From positions 124,001-188,000 of the forward strand of contig JBEUKZ010000077.1 of the NCBI GenBank assembly GCA_048128005.1: DNA of 64,000 nucleotides. The letters are read 5' to 3'. Numbering within the stretch: position 1 is the stretch's first letter; each line of letters opens with the position of its first letter. Below, piece by piece: positions 24,007 to 36,970 of the stretch. Both the position numbers and the translations under genes were made by a program. Below the pieces are notes generated by a model that saw nothing but the letters and a program-made list of their open reading frames with translations, did no database searches and was not told the DNA's origin. This stretch comes from Veleropilina oligotropha (lineage: Eukaryota).

Positions 24007-25409
24007 CTGTAGAATCATTAATTTTCGTGGGGTACCAATTTTCGTGGTTTTCGTGGGTAGGCTAAACCACGAATTTAAAGTCCCAACGAAATATGCGTCA
24101 CCCAGTCAGTTTTAATCTTGGATATCCGTTGGCGGCCATTTTGGAAATGGTGAACATTTAAAACAAGACGAAATAGATACTACTAAATTTGATCTTAATG
24201 CTATCTTATATACATAGTTTTGTACATATATATACCAAGGGATAAAATTATAGATATTTACAGATAAATATGCGTACATTAAATACTTCTGATACTTGCA
24301 TGTATCAGTAACTGTGGTAAGTTGGTGTTATAAAAACACCATTTAATTGGTAATTAGTCCAGTTTTGGCAAATCCATTCGAAATCAATTGCCTGCGTTGC
24401 GTCACTTCCTTATGAGCATAAATAATCCAGTTGGCATGAATGGGTTTCAGTGTGGACGCCAGACCCTCTCAAAATGTCTTTGTATTCTTTGTTAACCGTT
24501 AAATCCAACGGCTGAAGCTGTTATGTCGGCGCAACAAGCCGGAACGAACAAAAGGATAATTCCGTTATCCTTTTATTAGTAGGGTCAGTAAGTTCTCCTC
24601 TCGGTGAGCGTTTGGAAGATTTGTCGGATTGTCAACTCATATAAATAAAAATAAAACTTATTATAATATAAATGTCAAAAACCCGTTTAATAATAGTAAA
24701 CGTCTATCAATCTACTTTTTATTCTATTCATTACACTTCGTACGTTTCCGATATCGGCGGAAATAACCGATGTTTTTATCCATATAATGTTCTCCTTTAG
24801 CACTGTTACTGATTTGCCGAATTAATTATAAGAGCGGTGTACATTTTGTATAAAAACAAAAGTCGATATTACTAACGGTATGTTACTATGTTTACCTGTT
24901 TTTTTAATTTGACGAATTGGTCCCTCATACTGCGTACTGATGATTCGCTGACTTTTTTTACCGAAGTCTGTCTAAACTTCCGAGCGGCTTTCGCAACACT
25001 GTTGTCGATATAATAGTGGGTAATCTTAGCACGCATTTCAAGGTGAACGTTACATAATGCTGGCGGTACTTTGTTTTTCTTTCCTCTTGTTAAATGTGTT
25101 AGTTGGTAATCTTTCATGGAATTAGCTGGCGTAATCACGTTCAGTGAATGCTAATCAGATTTTAAGATTAAGCTTAGGATTATAAAAAAACACTTTGAGC
25201 GTCAGTGTCGGTAATGTCTTTCATCTCAAATTGCATTTTCAATTTGTTGTAACTTGACAAGCACAATACTAAATTGCCAGAAGGCCTATATATTATCTAT
25301 ATTTTATTGATTTTCAAAATATGAAATCCACGAAATTACGAGCCCTCGAAAATGTCTTTTTAAGCAAAACCACGAAAATTGGTACCCTCGAAAATAAAGT
25401 CATTTACAG
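24007..25409 (-). mobile_element. pogo/Tc1-mariner deletion derivative in DIRS-A 3' region
   Basis: TA-flanked TIRs ctgta...ggtaccaattttcgtgg; minus-strand remnants LQPLDLTVNK (~24490-24520) and HTH-like VAKAARKF (24872-25138). Confidence 0.85.
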
Positions 25410-27806
25410 TATGTTCATTTCTTAAAAACATTTTAAGATCTTGATATTTTCATGTCATACCTGAGTATTTTGACAACCCAGTTCACATTGAATTTAATAA
25501 ACAATTATATTGCAAAAAGTCTTATAAGATTTTGAGGTTCAATATTATTGATGTTCTATGCTGTATAGAACATCGATGTTCAAGACATTGAAAAAATTTT
25601 AATATTTGCTTCCTTAAATTTTATTTTAAGTAACATGTTGTACATGTTAGCCTTTCGCAAGTTGGTCATGCGAATCACTTATTAATATCGATTATTTATA
25701 ATAATCTATTAATTCTTTGCTTATGATTTGATATCTTCACTACCTAGCTATTAGGTTCCGTGTGCTGACAAATCCGACTGCTTCCTCTGGCTACCGGCCT
25801 ATGGCCCGGAGTACCATTTGGCTGCCACTGGCCCATGACACGTAAGACCTACAAGGATAATCCTTCCGGCCGTGCCTGGGGCTGATTGCACTTCCGTTCA
25901 CCTCGTCCGACTAGCACCACGGCGTATTCTCCCGGTAACACTGGTCGAAATTCTCGCTTGGTAAGAGTAGAATATAATACTCAGTACATTCCACTCTGGG
26001 CGGACACAATCGACGCTTCATGCTGATTGAGATGGTGAAAAGTAAGTCATAATCTTGTTTGGGTTTGTTGTAAGGAACTTCTTACCCACCTATCCAAGGT
26101 CATTCTGGCAAGAGTAAGGACGTAAGTATGTTTGTAACTACATATGAGGTTTTTAAGTAAACCTAATATTAGTATAAAACATACTTACGTCCTTACCACG
26201 ATTACCCACCCTGCGCTTTCGCATTCCTCCCCTCTTACTAAGTTCCTTTGGGGTTCTGAACTTTGAATTGAGGTCTTGTGATCTCGAGCTCGGATATCTC
26301 GCGAGACTTGGCGAGATCTCGCGGGGGGAACTTAGAGAGGGGGAGCAGGGGAGGTAATCGTGGTGTGTTTTTGACTTAATAGTGCATAAATGTGACATTA
26401 TTCACTGTTTCCGGTTGGCGATAATATGACTATTATGGCAAGAGTAAGGACGTAAGTATGTTTTATACTAATATTAGGTTTACTTAAAAACCTCATTTTG
26501 ATTGGCACATGGTGAAGCCGCTATTAAGCCTATCTAAACAATACTGCCAATAAAACACCATTACTTAATATAGGTCAATTGTGATGGGACCTGCATTCAG
26601 CAACCCAAGCTGGATTTAATCCCTTCATTCAGCACGTAAATTATACCAGAAACAGCCCAATACAATTCTTCTGTTAAATTAGAAGTGCTTTTGTTTATAT
26701 TACAAGCGACATTTCCGCAAATGGTGCGATAATTTTAGTGACTATTTGAAATCTATCAATGAATGTGAAAGTAGTTACGAAATTACTACACAAATGCACA
26801 TGGAGTTTTTGCATGTCAAAACAAAAGTTACTGTCAAACGTTCGTCGAGTTCAACAAAGGAACACTTTGAGTGTTGTTTCTGGACTTTTAAGTCAATGAA
26901 AGTAGATTACCAAGGAAAGTCAAGACAAGGAGCTTGATGTATGTTAATAAAATAATATTTAGCATTTGAAAGTTTATTGGTTCATGTTTACCGACGATGT
27001 TAACATTGACTTTATGTGAGATTCTGACGAGTAGGCCCTATACTAATCTGTTATTCCCATAGTTGGTCATTACCTTTGTGATTCATATTTCGTCAGTAAT
27101 TTACTCCTGCTAAGGTATCACATCATGTGACATGTATGATAATTCTTGCACTTGCAATATATTATTTATATTTTGCTGCAAAGAAACATACTAGCCTGCG
27201 GGCTATCTCGATATATAAATACGCTAGCCCGACTCCATAATTTGCGATTTTTTTTACTAGCCCCGGGCGTCGGGCTAGTGGATTTGTCCAGCCCTGCTGT
27301 CATTTATTTGATTCATCATGTATCAAAAATTTTGGTGTGCCATTTAATGTTACTACAATTTTGACCCCGTGTCACATTTCTATAGAGCGGGTCAATTTAA
27401 TAGTGACCCGCGGGTCACTTTTATATGGGGTCAAAATTATATATGACACCGGCAGTGTCAAATTGGAATTTCAACCCCTGTTATTATATGGCAACTAGTG
27501 TATTGAATTTAATAATGCATAAATCAAATGATGAATTATTTGATGGCTGTAGGTTATGTATAAATGTTGGATTTGATCCAAATGTTGCTGTATTTTGTTA
27601 CATCAAACCTCACGGACTGTAGTAGACAAATCAGTTGATCATTAGAAATCACTCCTAACTATACTATTAATAACTTGAAAATGCTAGCACAATATTATAT
27701 TTCAGATGGATAAATTGATATTTAACGATATTCGGACTATGTCAATTGATGATGTTTCAGTTATAATAGAACCTTTCAGCTTGGATACATGACAGTGATC
27801 ATACAT

Positions 27807-28130
27807 GTGGCTCAGTGGGTTGTTCACAGGACTCTGGTCACAGAGTCTCGAGTTCGCCCCCAAGGCTCGGCGATTTCACTTGGGCAAGGAAATAAGCATT
27901 TATTTGCCTCGGTTCACCCAGCCGATCTAAATGGGTACCTGGTTGGCAGTTATGTAAGTCACGGCGCTACCCGCGTGTAAATGACTGTAATGCTCCCAGA
28001 GGGAGTTGAGATGACATATCGTATGGAAAAGGCCCATAACCAGGGATAATATTGTACAGCGCCTTAGGGCAGTGTTTAACACTGGATTTGGCGCTTTATT
28101 AAGTGTATATCAATAATAATAATAATAATA
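27807..28130 (+). mobile_element. tRNA-derived SINE family 2 with L2-like tail, copy 1
   Basis: gtggctcagtgg A-box, gagttcgccc B-box, cacccagc...aatgggtacc core, gcgc-stem tail and (AAT)n. Confidence 0.85.
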
Positions 28131-29283
28131 ATTAAAGCTGCGAGCAGCTGTGAGGGCTTCAATCAGATAAACGAAATAAAAAAAAGACGTAAAATACCAA
28201 AAAATAAAAAAGTTTAATTTAAAAAAATAAAATGCAAAAAAATACTAAATTTAAAAAAATATTTTTTATATTTTAAGATATACATATGGCCACTCTGAAT
28301 CGAATGCCGCCAATCTTAGATTTCTACGCCGAAAGTGCTAGGGGGGGCCGGAAAATTTTGAAACCTAGATGCTATGAAATGCTGTTTCCGGCGTTATCAG
28401 GCTTCTAATTCATGTGACAATTAAGCAAAAAATTATGCAAAATATATTGCATTTTTGTTAATTTGAATTTAAATTAAATAATCAGTGTCCAGTGGTGAGG
28501 TACTCCATCGCTCAGACTGAGGTCGTGCATAATTAAGACCATTTTTCTTTATTATTGATGTGGTAATTATTAAACGCAACGACCTGTACGGCATCTTAGG
28601 TAGCTTACATGCAGACTGTGTGATTAATTGTCAGTACAATAGATGTTCATGACGCACACACGAACGAGCGCCGAATGCGGCAGGGCGTACCTCCACGGAA
28701 AAGTTTTTAAATCTATAATCTCTGTAGCGTTATTGCCAATATTTTCAGGAATAAATTCATTATCCAAAATTTATAAATAGTCATCTTGCAAACGATTGTC
28801 ATCAATGATCATAATGCATAATATTGTGTCAAGTAGATACAATTGTTATAGTGCATTAATTGTAAATGCCGCTTTACTCGTGGCACACGGGGCATGCTCG
28901 GCCAACTCGGAGCCAACACTTCGATAATTGACTTCATTCATTCGCTGTTATTTTCGATAAATGCAGGTTATATTAAAATGGGATAGGCCGCATAGACACC
29001 TGTCGCACATAATATGTTGCCCACAAAATCTGCCACAGCGGACATCGCTGACTGGATCGTATGCGGCGACAGTCTTGAGTGCCTGTTTGAAATTGTTGAT
29101 TTGATTGAAATACATGTGTCGATATCGGCTTGTGTCGCCATGGTGTAAATAACAAAATTGGTATCTGCTTTACACAGGCTAGCATAAATTTCCTCAATCA
29201 CGGGATAATTCGCTACTATTTGTATTATATAATGTTATAACTCCTTCTATTGATATGTGAATGGCTATTATATATGCATTTAG

Positions 29284-30690
29284 CTTTTTAGCTCCGCTAT
29301 GACGCCAGTCAGCGGAGCTTTTCTAATACCGAGTTGTCCGGCGTCCGGCCGTCGTCCGTCCGGCGTCTCCATTTGACTTCAAATGCATATATCTCAAAAA
29401 CTGTCTGATAACTTTTTTTCTAATTTGGTATGAGTCTTCCTTATGATGTTCAGCATGTACTCAGGAAAAATTAAAAAATTCTACGTCTCGGTTTTCCTGA
29501 TATTCATGTTTGTTTGTCTGTTTGTTGTCAATTTGTCAGATTTCAGTCAATATCTGAAAAACTGTCTGATAACTTTTTTTCTAATTTGGCATGAGCCTTC
29601 CTTATGATGTTCTGAATATACTGTGTGAAAATTAAAAATTTCTACGTCTCGGTTGTCCCGATATTCACGTTTGTTTGTCTGTTTTTGAGGCCATTTTTCA
29701 GATTTCAGTCAATATCTCAAAAACTGTCTGATAACTTTTTTTCTAATTTGGTTTGAGTCTTCCTTATGATGTTCAGCATGTATTCAGGAAAAATTAAAAA
29801 ATTCTACGTCTCCGTTTTCCTGATATTCATGTTTGTTTGTCTGTTTGTTGTCAATTTGTCAGATTTCAGTCAATATCTGAAAAACTGTCTGATAACTTTT
29901 TTTCTAATTTGGCATGAGCCTTCCTTATGATGTTCTGAATATACTGTGTGAAAATTAAAAATTTCTACGTCTCGGTTGTCCCGATATTCACGTTTGTTCG
30001 TCTGTTTTTGAGGCCATTTTTCAGATTTCAGTCAATATCTCAAAAACTGTTTGATAACATTTTTTCTAATTTGACATGAGCCTTCCTTATGATGTTCTGA
30101 ATGTACTGTGCGAAAAAAAAAAATCCACATCTCGGTCTTATCGATATTCATGTTTGTTTTCAATATTTCAGATTTCAATCAATTTCTTAAAATCTGTCTA
30201 ATAACTTCTTGTCTAATTTGGCATGGGCCTTTCTAATGATGATTTGATTGTACTCGCCTCCCCCCCCCCCCAAAAAAAATTCTACTGCTCGGTTATCCTG
30301 ATATTCTCGTTTCTTTAGATTTCAGCCAATTCCTCAATAACTATTTGATAACTTTGTTTCTAATTTGACATGAGCCTTTCTTATGATGTTCTGAATACAC
30401 TCTTTGAAAATTAGAAAATTTTACGTCTCTGTTGCCCTGATATTCACGTTTGTTTGTTGTCAATACTTTAGATTTCAATCAATTTCGTAAAATCTGTCTG
30501 ATAACTTTTTGTCTAATTTAGCATGGCCCTTCCTTTTGTTCTCTGCAGAAATTTGTAAATTCTATGTCTTGGTTATTCTAATATTCTCGTTTGTTGTCAA
30601 TTTTTCAGATTTATTGACAATAGTGAAGTAATCAAGTTTAAATAAATACGGGCCTTTAGCGGAGCTCTCTAGGCCGATAGGCCTCTTGTT
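29284..30690 (+). mobile_element. HINE with ~160 bp tandem array, nested
   Basis: tttttagctccgct...agcggagct, (cgtc)n, about 7 units, 3' tagcggagct plus aggcc/ggcct hairpin and cttgtt. Confidence 0.85.
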
Positions 30691-30719
30691 AGTGTGTGTT
30701 GCTCTTTATAAAGAAAAAT

Positions 30720-31830
30720 AAATTAGTCGATTACATGTTCTAATCAAACAATAATAGTAAGTGAGTTTATTAGGCATAAGCGTTTGCCCGTCGCCATAAA
30801 CATGCATGCAAGGCGTACAATGAAAGCCTAGTTATAAACACAAAACAATTCATAACAATAATGGATAGCATTATAATATATAATGATAATGGGGATATAA
30901 ACACAATATTAAGTCAAAATTTAATCAATGTTCAGCAACCCGATTCTTAATTTAGTGGCTTCATATATAAAACGTCCTAAATTTCTTATTTTAATAGCAC
31001 TATTAGAACTCATCAGCTGAGTAAATTTGTGAATTGATGGCCAGTGACAGAAATACTTTGGGAAAAACTTATTTCGAAGTAGTCGATATAGGGGACAAAC
31101 TAATAACATGTGATATTCGTCTTCAACAGTCTGTGTTGTACACATATTGCATTTTCGGAGATGCCTTGGGATGTTTCTAAATCTCCCGGTCTCGATCTCG
31201 AGACGGTGGGAACTGCATCGAAAACTTGTTAACATGTGCCTATGTTTGTCCTCACATAAATCAAGGTACTTTTCAAATTTGAAGTCATTTTTATACAGCA
31301 TATACTTAATTAATTTATTGCTATTCTCTAAATCAGAATGCCATTTCTGTAAATACAAATCGCGAATCCTTTGATGTATAAAATTTACGGGGACAGTAAA
31401 ATTATAGTTATCCTGATTGAGCCATATCATTCCCAAGCCGATTTCGTTTAAGAGACGTTTCATCGATGCTGCCCAAGTGACTTGATTCGAGTTAATTTGT
31501 GCATGGTAAGCCCTATAGAGTAGCGAATCCCTATCACTAAGTATTTTAGCCCAGTATGAAATTAAGCGTAATTTGCATACTACACTAATAGGTTGTTTAC
31601 CAAGTTCACCAAAGACTGCAGAATTATTGGTGGATTTTTTCACAGATAGAAGTCGTTTGTAAAAACCTAATTGTAATTTGTCTAGTTCAGTGGTTTGTTC
31701 AAAACCCCAAACTTCTGAACTATATAACATTATCGGCTCAATCATGATATGAAACAGATTAAGTTTTATGCTTATGGCTAGATCATGTCTTGAAAATACA
31801 GACGATAAAGCAAAGAGTAATGCTTGCAAC
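30720..31830 (-). mobile_element. 5'-truncated LINE (CR1 group), ORF2 C-terminus
   Basis: ORF 30921..31829: PIMLYSSEVWG, SSHRLEIETGR, C..C...EDEYH....CPLY; outer boundaries approximate. Confidence 0.8.
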
Positions 31831-33362
31831 TCATAAGCATAATTAAGACCATTTCACTTCATTATCAAATGTTTACTTAAGCCTGATAGCAGAACTTCTC
31901 AAGGGCCTTGCTGTCAGGGTTGGCAGCGCGGCTTTATGACACCTCAAAGAGACAGGCTCATAAACTGCCTACTTCATCTGATAAGGCAATTAGCACTGAG
32001 CTGGTCGCGCCGAAATGAGACTAGGAATTAAAATAGTATTTTTTAAACAATGAAAGTACTTATTGTATTCTTGTCACAATTCTCTAATATAACGATTTTT
32101 ATATAGTATATTTTATGCGAAAATCTGGAAGAAAAAGGACGATTTTTAGAGGCGCCATGGAGCAATATTCATCTTAAAAAACTAAGTCTAATAACTCTCA
32201 AGCAACTCATTTTAGCGATGTATTCTATAGATATTACATTAGATATTTTCGATACGAATAAAATGAATTGCGTCACGTTTCATATAAATGAAAATTAACG
32301 AAGTTAGTCAATTTAATAAATTTAATGTCTTCATAACTCCTTTTTAATTTGTCTCACAAAGTATTCCATTAGAACAACATATACCGATATAATGCTTTGT
32401 CAAAACTACCAAGTGTCGATAAGATCACGCTACTCAGTTCTGAGGAAAGCGCATTTTAATGTTTTCAAAAAATCAAAGATTGCGACGAAACCATGGCATT
32501 TATTGGCTAAAATTTTGCGGCAAACATTACTTGATATCGATGCGCACTCACCCTGGAAGATTGGAAAGATTTCGTGGAGTGCATTGAAAGATACTGCAGA
32601 AATGAAAAATTGAAAAAACTTCAAAATTTTGTCAAGATTAGGACGCCCGTAGCGATCTTAGCATTGAAAAAATGAAAATTTCATTTCCAAGAGATTGTTG
32701 TCTCAATAGTCTAGATCATGCCTTTGAAGATTTTGTCTCGATCTCGAAAGCCGTGTAAGACTTATATCGTTTTTGAAAAGAGGTCATTTTTAATTTTGTC
32801 AAGATTAGGACGCCCGTAGCGATCTTAGCATTGAAAAAATGAAAATTTCATTTCCAGGAGATTGTTGTCTCAATAGTCTAGATCATGCCTTTGAAGATTT
32901 TGTCTCGCTCTCGAAAGCCGTGTAAGACTTATATCGTTTTTGAAAAGAGGTCATTTTTTTTTACAAAATTGAAGATTACGACCAAAGCATAAAATCCCGA
33001 AACTTGAAAATAGAACGAGGCAATGCTTCAATGATGTGCCCAAGCACACATGAATTTTGAAAGCTGTAGCTATAGCCGTTTTCGCGCTAAAGTGCCCACA
33101 AAAAAACGTCAGAATAAGAATAATAACCGGTACAATTTCAATAGGGCTTCAAGCTTGAAAGAGCTTGAAGCCCTAATAATCCCCAGTTCACTCCGACAAT
33201 GATCTCTCCTTTGCTGCTCTTGTGAGCATGAGATGTTAGTCACCTGTCATATAATGATATTTCAGACTGTAGGTCATCATTATATCCAGTTGATTGATCG
33301 CTTTGCTCTCGCTATCTGTGAGCCACCTTTAATCTGCTGTTTGTGTTTGCATTCCCTTCCAG

Positions 33363-33436
33363 TCCATATCGCCGATTACCAGATCCAGGAGCACTATGAC
33401 GAGTTCTTCGAGGAAGTGTACGTCGAGATGGAGAAG
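33363..33436 (+). CDS. U2AF1: U2AF35 coding exon 4 (GC donor)
   Basis: ttccag|TC CAT ATC... encodes HIADYQIQEHYDEFFEEVYVEMEK, ends AAG|gcaagt; phases fit both neighbours. Confidence 0.93.
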
Positions 33437-33731
33437 GCAAGTAGAGTCCCAGACTCATAAACATATGTCAATCTAGTATATATAATATGGTTATGCATGA
33501 ATGTTGCTATTTGAATGTCAATTGTAAATTAAAATTGAAAGTTTTGTTTACCTGGTTTTGTCCCCATTTTTGGCATCAGTAACAATGTTACATGTTGTAG
33601 ATACTTAGATTGTTTTCTTATCTCTAAGACTCAGACTAATCACATCCCTTTGCAAAAGCGATATAATCAACTTGAATATTTCAGTCATTCAGTAGTACAT
33701 TAAAATTTAAGTATAATGAAATCTGGCACTG

Positions 33732-34018
<287 letters not shown>

Positions 34019-34317
34019 ACATATTTATATATCCGTCGATTATTGGTATATACATTCCCAAGACTATTTGTAGGTCGTGTATATAACTTTCATTACAAAA
34101 TTTCGTAAAATATGCTATTTATAGGTATTTTTATGCATAATTGCTATGGCAACTTGACCAATGCCAAGTTATGACGACTATTACGTCATTAATAGTGTGA
34201 CTCAATTATGACGTCATAATTAGTGACGTCATATAATTAAATTGTCTTCTGTCAGAAAATGAGTTGGAAGTAAATACATTGTACATATGAATATGTAATT
34301 GTTAGATTGTATTATGT

Positions 34318-35386
34318 CAGGGCCGTAGCCAGGATTTTGTGAAGGGGGGTTCGAATATATCTTGGTTGGGGCATTATTGGCCATCAATTTTACAATATTG
34401 GTATGTGACAAAATATTGAACTTGAAAATGCCTGAAGTAAGCATAAAAATGGTAATTGAATTTTGTTTCTAGACTGTCTGCGTGGGGATAGGGCTCAAGA
34501 AAATTTTAGTATTGAAAGCTGTGAAACATCTTCTCCTGCGTTCTGAAGCGGCAAATGCGATGATTTTCAGATTACTATCGACGATGTGCGAGGGGTTGGG
34601 GCCCCACGCTCATGAAAATTTTAGTATTTAAAACGAACAGCTTCTGCTGCATTCTGATGTTGCAAAATGCGATGTATTTAGATTACTATTGAGCAACGAT
34701 GTGTGTGGGTTGGGGCCCCACGGTCAAGTAATTTTTAGTATTTAAAACGAACAGTTTCTCCTGCATTTTGATATTGCAAATGCGATGTTTTCATATTACT
34801 ATCAATGTACGTTGGGGCCCCATCCCCACGCGCAAGAAAATATTGGTATTTAAAACTGTGAAACAGCTTTTCCTGCGTTCTTAGGATGTATACATATGAT
34901 GTGTTTTTAATTCACTGTTAACTGTGTGCCTGCGCGCAACAAAATTTTAATATTGAAAACTATGAAACAGCTTTTCCTGCATTTTGAAGCTGTAAATGCG
35001 ATGTTTTTTGCCAGTTATAAATATATGCACCATTTTCATAACATGTGTAGGACTATTTCTTGCACGCCCCCCCCCCCCCTGTAAACGTCCATGTACGTTT
35101 GCCAAGAACATGTACATATCCCGTTATGACCCTAGATGTCACAGGGACGTGTATGTCTACTAAATTTTCATTTAAAGGGGGAAGGGGGCTTAATTTTACA
35201 TTACTATCAACGATGCGCCCGAAGAAAATTTTAGTATTTAAAGTTAATCAGCGCTCAAAAAATACATATTCAATTGATAACTGTAAAGGAGCCACTGTAA
35301 AAAATATTGACTTTGACTTTAAGGGCAATCCAGTGGCAAGGGGGGGTTCGACCGAACCCCTCGAACCCCCCCTGGCTACGGCCCTG
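34318..35386. mobile_element. CAGGG-ended non-autonomous DNA transposon with internal ~125 bp repeats
   Basis: TIR cagggccgtagccagg / cctggctacggccctg; 5 bp TSD tatgt. Confidence 0.8.
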
Positions 35387-35631
35387 TATGTATAGTCGCA
35401 TTTAACGTACACTAATATACAAAGGTCAAGACATAATCCGAACGCTTTTTTTTATATATCTCACTTTTGTTTAATTATCAATTTATTGTCAGGTCTGACA
35501 AATTGAGGTGAGAGGTCTGACAAATTGAGGTGAGAAACACCATGTGTTATGAATGCCAAGCACATGATTTCATTTGTAAATTTCCAATGGTTTTGACTTT
35601 TGATTTATATGTTGAATTTTTCCATTTGCAG

Positions 35632-35703
35632 TATGGGGAAATAGAAGAGATGAATGTGTGTGACAACCTCGGCGACCACTTGGTGGGCAATGTGTACGTC
35701 CGG
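35632..35703 (+). CDS. U2AF1: U2AF35 coding exon 5
   Basis: ttgcag|TAT... encodes YGEIEEMNVCDNLGDHLVGNVYVR, ends |gtaagt. Confidence 0.97.
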
Positions 35704-36140
35704 GTAAGTAATGTATTCATTATCAACACAGGAAGACTTGCTGAAATGATACCGATTTAAATATTAAATGTAATATGGATACAACTCCGATTGCACATTT
35801 AGTACAGATGTGGTATATAAATAGATTACAACTAATGACAGTCACATTTACTAATATATGTATTATAAATATTCTGACTGATGACACATCCGACATACCA
35901 TAACTGCAACACATTGTTTAACCCTTAACCGACGATTCCCGACTTTCTACAACACCTATATCTCAATGCTTAATACTTCGTAAATATTCTAAAATCTTCG
36001 GTTATTTTCGGGTCATTTTGTTTGGGAATGATCGGGCTACATCCTGGTGCTTTTAAATCCACAATGGCGGCAGGTTAGGTATAGTTTATCACTGTTTCAA
36101 ATAAAGTTGTGAGGCTTGAAAGTGGTGCTTTTTCATCGGA

Positions 36141-36970
36141 TTTTTATCCCCCCCGGTTTCTAACGGGGGGATCTTGCAATCGCCCAGTCGGTCTGTCCGT
36201 CCATCTGTATGTAATCGATATCGTTTCCGGAGCATATCTCTTACACCGCTCGACATAACTTTATGATACTTGCAGGGTGTATTAAGTAGTCGATCAACTG
36301 GTGCCTTTTGCCAGTTGCGACGTTGACCGCCGATTATTAACAGAGTCACTGCCCTTGTTGTAAATTCGCTAATGTTATCTTTTCCGGACCGTATCTCATA
36401 CACCGCTCAACATAACTTTACGATACTTGCAGAGTGGATTAAGTAGTCGATCAACTGGTGCCTTTTGCCAGTTTTGACGTTGACCGGCGATTATTAACAG
36501 AGTTACTGCCCTTGTTGTAAATTCCCTAATATCTTTTCCGGACCGTATCGCATACACCGCTCGACATAACTTTACAAAACTTGCTGGGTGTATTAAGTAG
36601 TTGGTGAACTGGTGCCTTTTGCTAATTGAAATGCTGTGCGGCGATTAATATCAGACTTATTGCCCTTGTTGTAAATTTGTTAATGCTCTCTTTTCCGGAG
36701 CATATCTCATAAACTGATTGGCTTATCTTTGAAATTTGATGGGTGTATTAATTCAGTAGTCAGTGAACTGGTGCCTTTTGCTAATTTTGACGTTGTGCGG
36801 CAATTCATAACAAAGTTATTGCCCTTGTAAATTCGTTAATGTTTCCTTTGGAATTAACCATTGCGGGTGATATTGATGGCTCTGTCTTGTTGCTTACACT
36901 TAAAAGCAGGGATGTAGTGTTAAACTTAATGTTCAACCGGGGGGATACATCTTCTCCTGATGACCCTTGA
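36141..36970 (+). mobile_element. HINE, same family as 1811-2605
   Basis: tttttatccccccgg...cggggggat, GTCC/GTCT run, ~160 bp units, 3' ccggggggat. Confidence 0.85.

Larger units (their letters stand above)
11705..26498 (+). mobile_element. DIRS1-type tyrosine-recombinase retrotransposon (DIRS-A), full length but inactivated
   Basis: ITRs 11705-11920 and 26259-26498; ICR 26106-26196 complementary to both outer ends; gag-like, RT/RH/MT and YR reading frames. Confidence 0.95.
11018..27296. mobile_element. Possible hAT-like host element into which DIRS-A inserted; left end not recognisable
   Basis: ctagccc subterminal motifs at 11030-11090 and 27190-27280; right end ...ggatttgtccagccctg. Confidence 0.4.
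28131..33175 (-). mobile_element. Composite HINE/Helentron-like element
   Basis: Minus-strand 5' end tagggcttcaagc...gcttgaagccctattg plus TTA-rich run; 3' end ttgaagccct, agctgc-tc-gcagct hairpin, ttaat; internal ~175 bp duplication 32620-32960. Confidence 0.8.

Noticed and set aside
26018..26045. Hammerhead ribozyme (ctgattgag...gaaa)
   Set aside because: Core is not CUGANGA, flanking stems are not evident and DIRS-B lacks it.
27807..27870. tRNA genes at SINE heads (also 39961, 41438, 57485, 58914)
   Set aside because: A/B boxes are present but there is no full cloverleaf, and each continues into a SINE body and tail.
3537..33362. Second, mutually exclusive 67 nt exon 3 as in vertebrate U2AF1
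   Set aside because: No paralogous exon found by eye; a tblastn search would be needed to exclude it fully.
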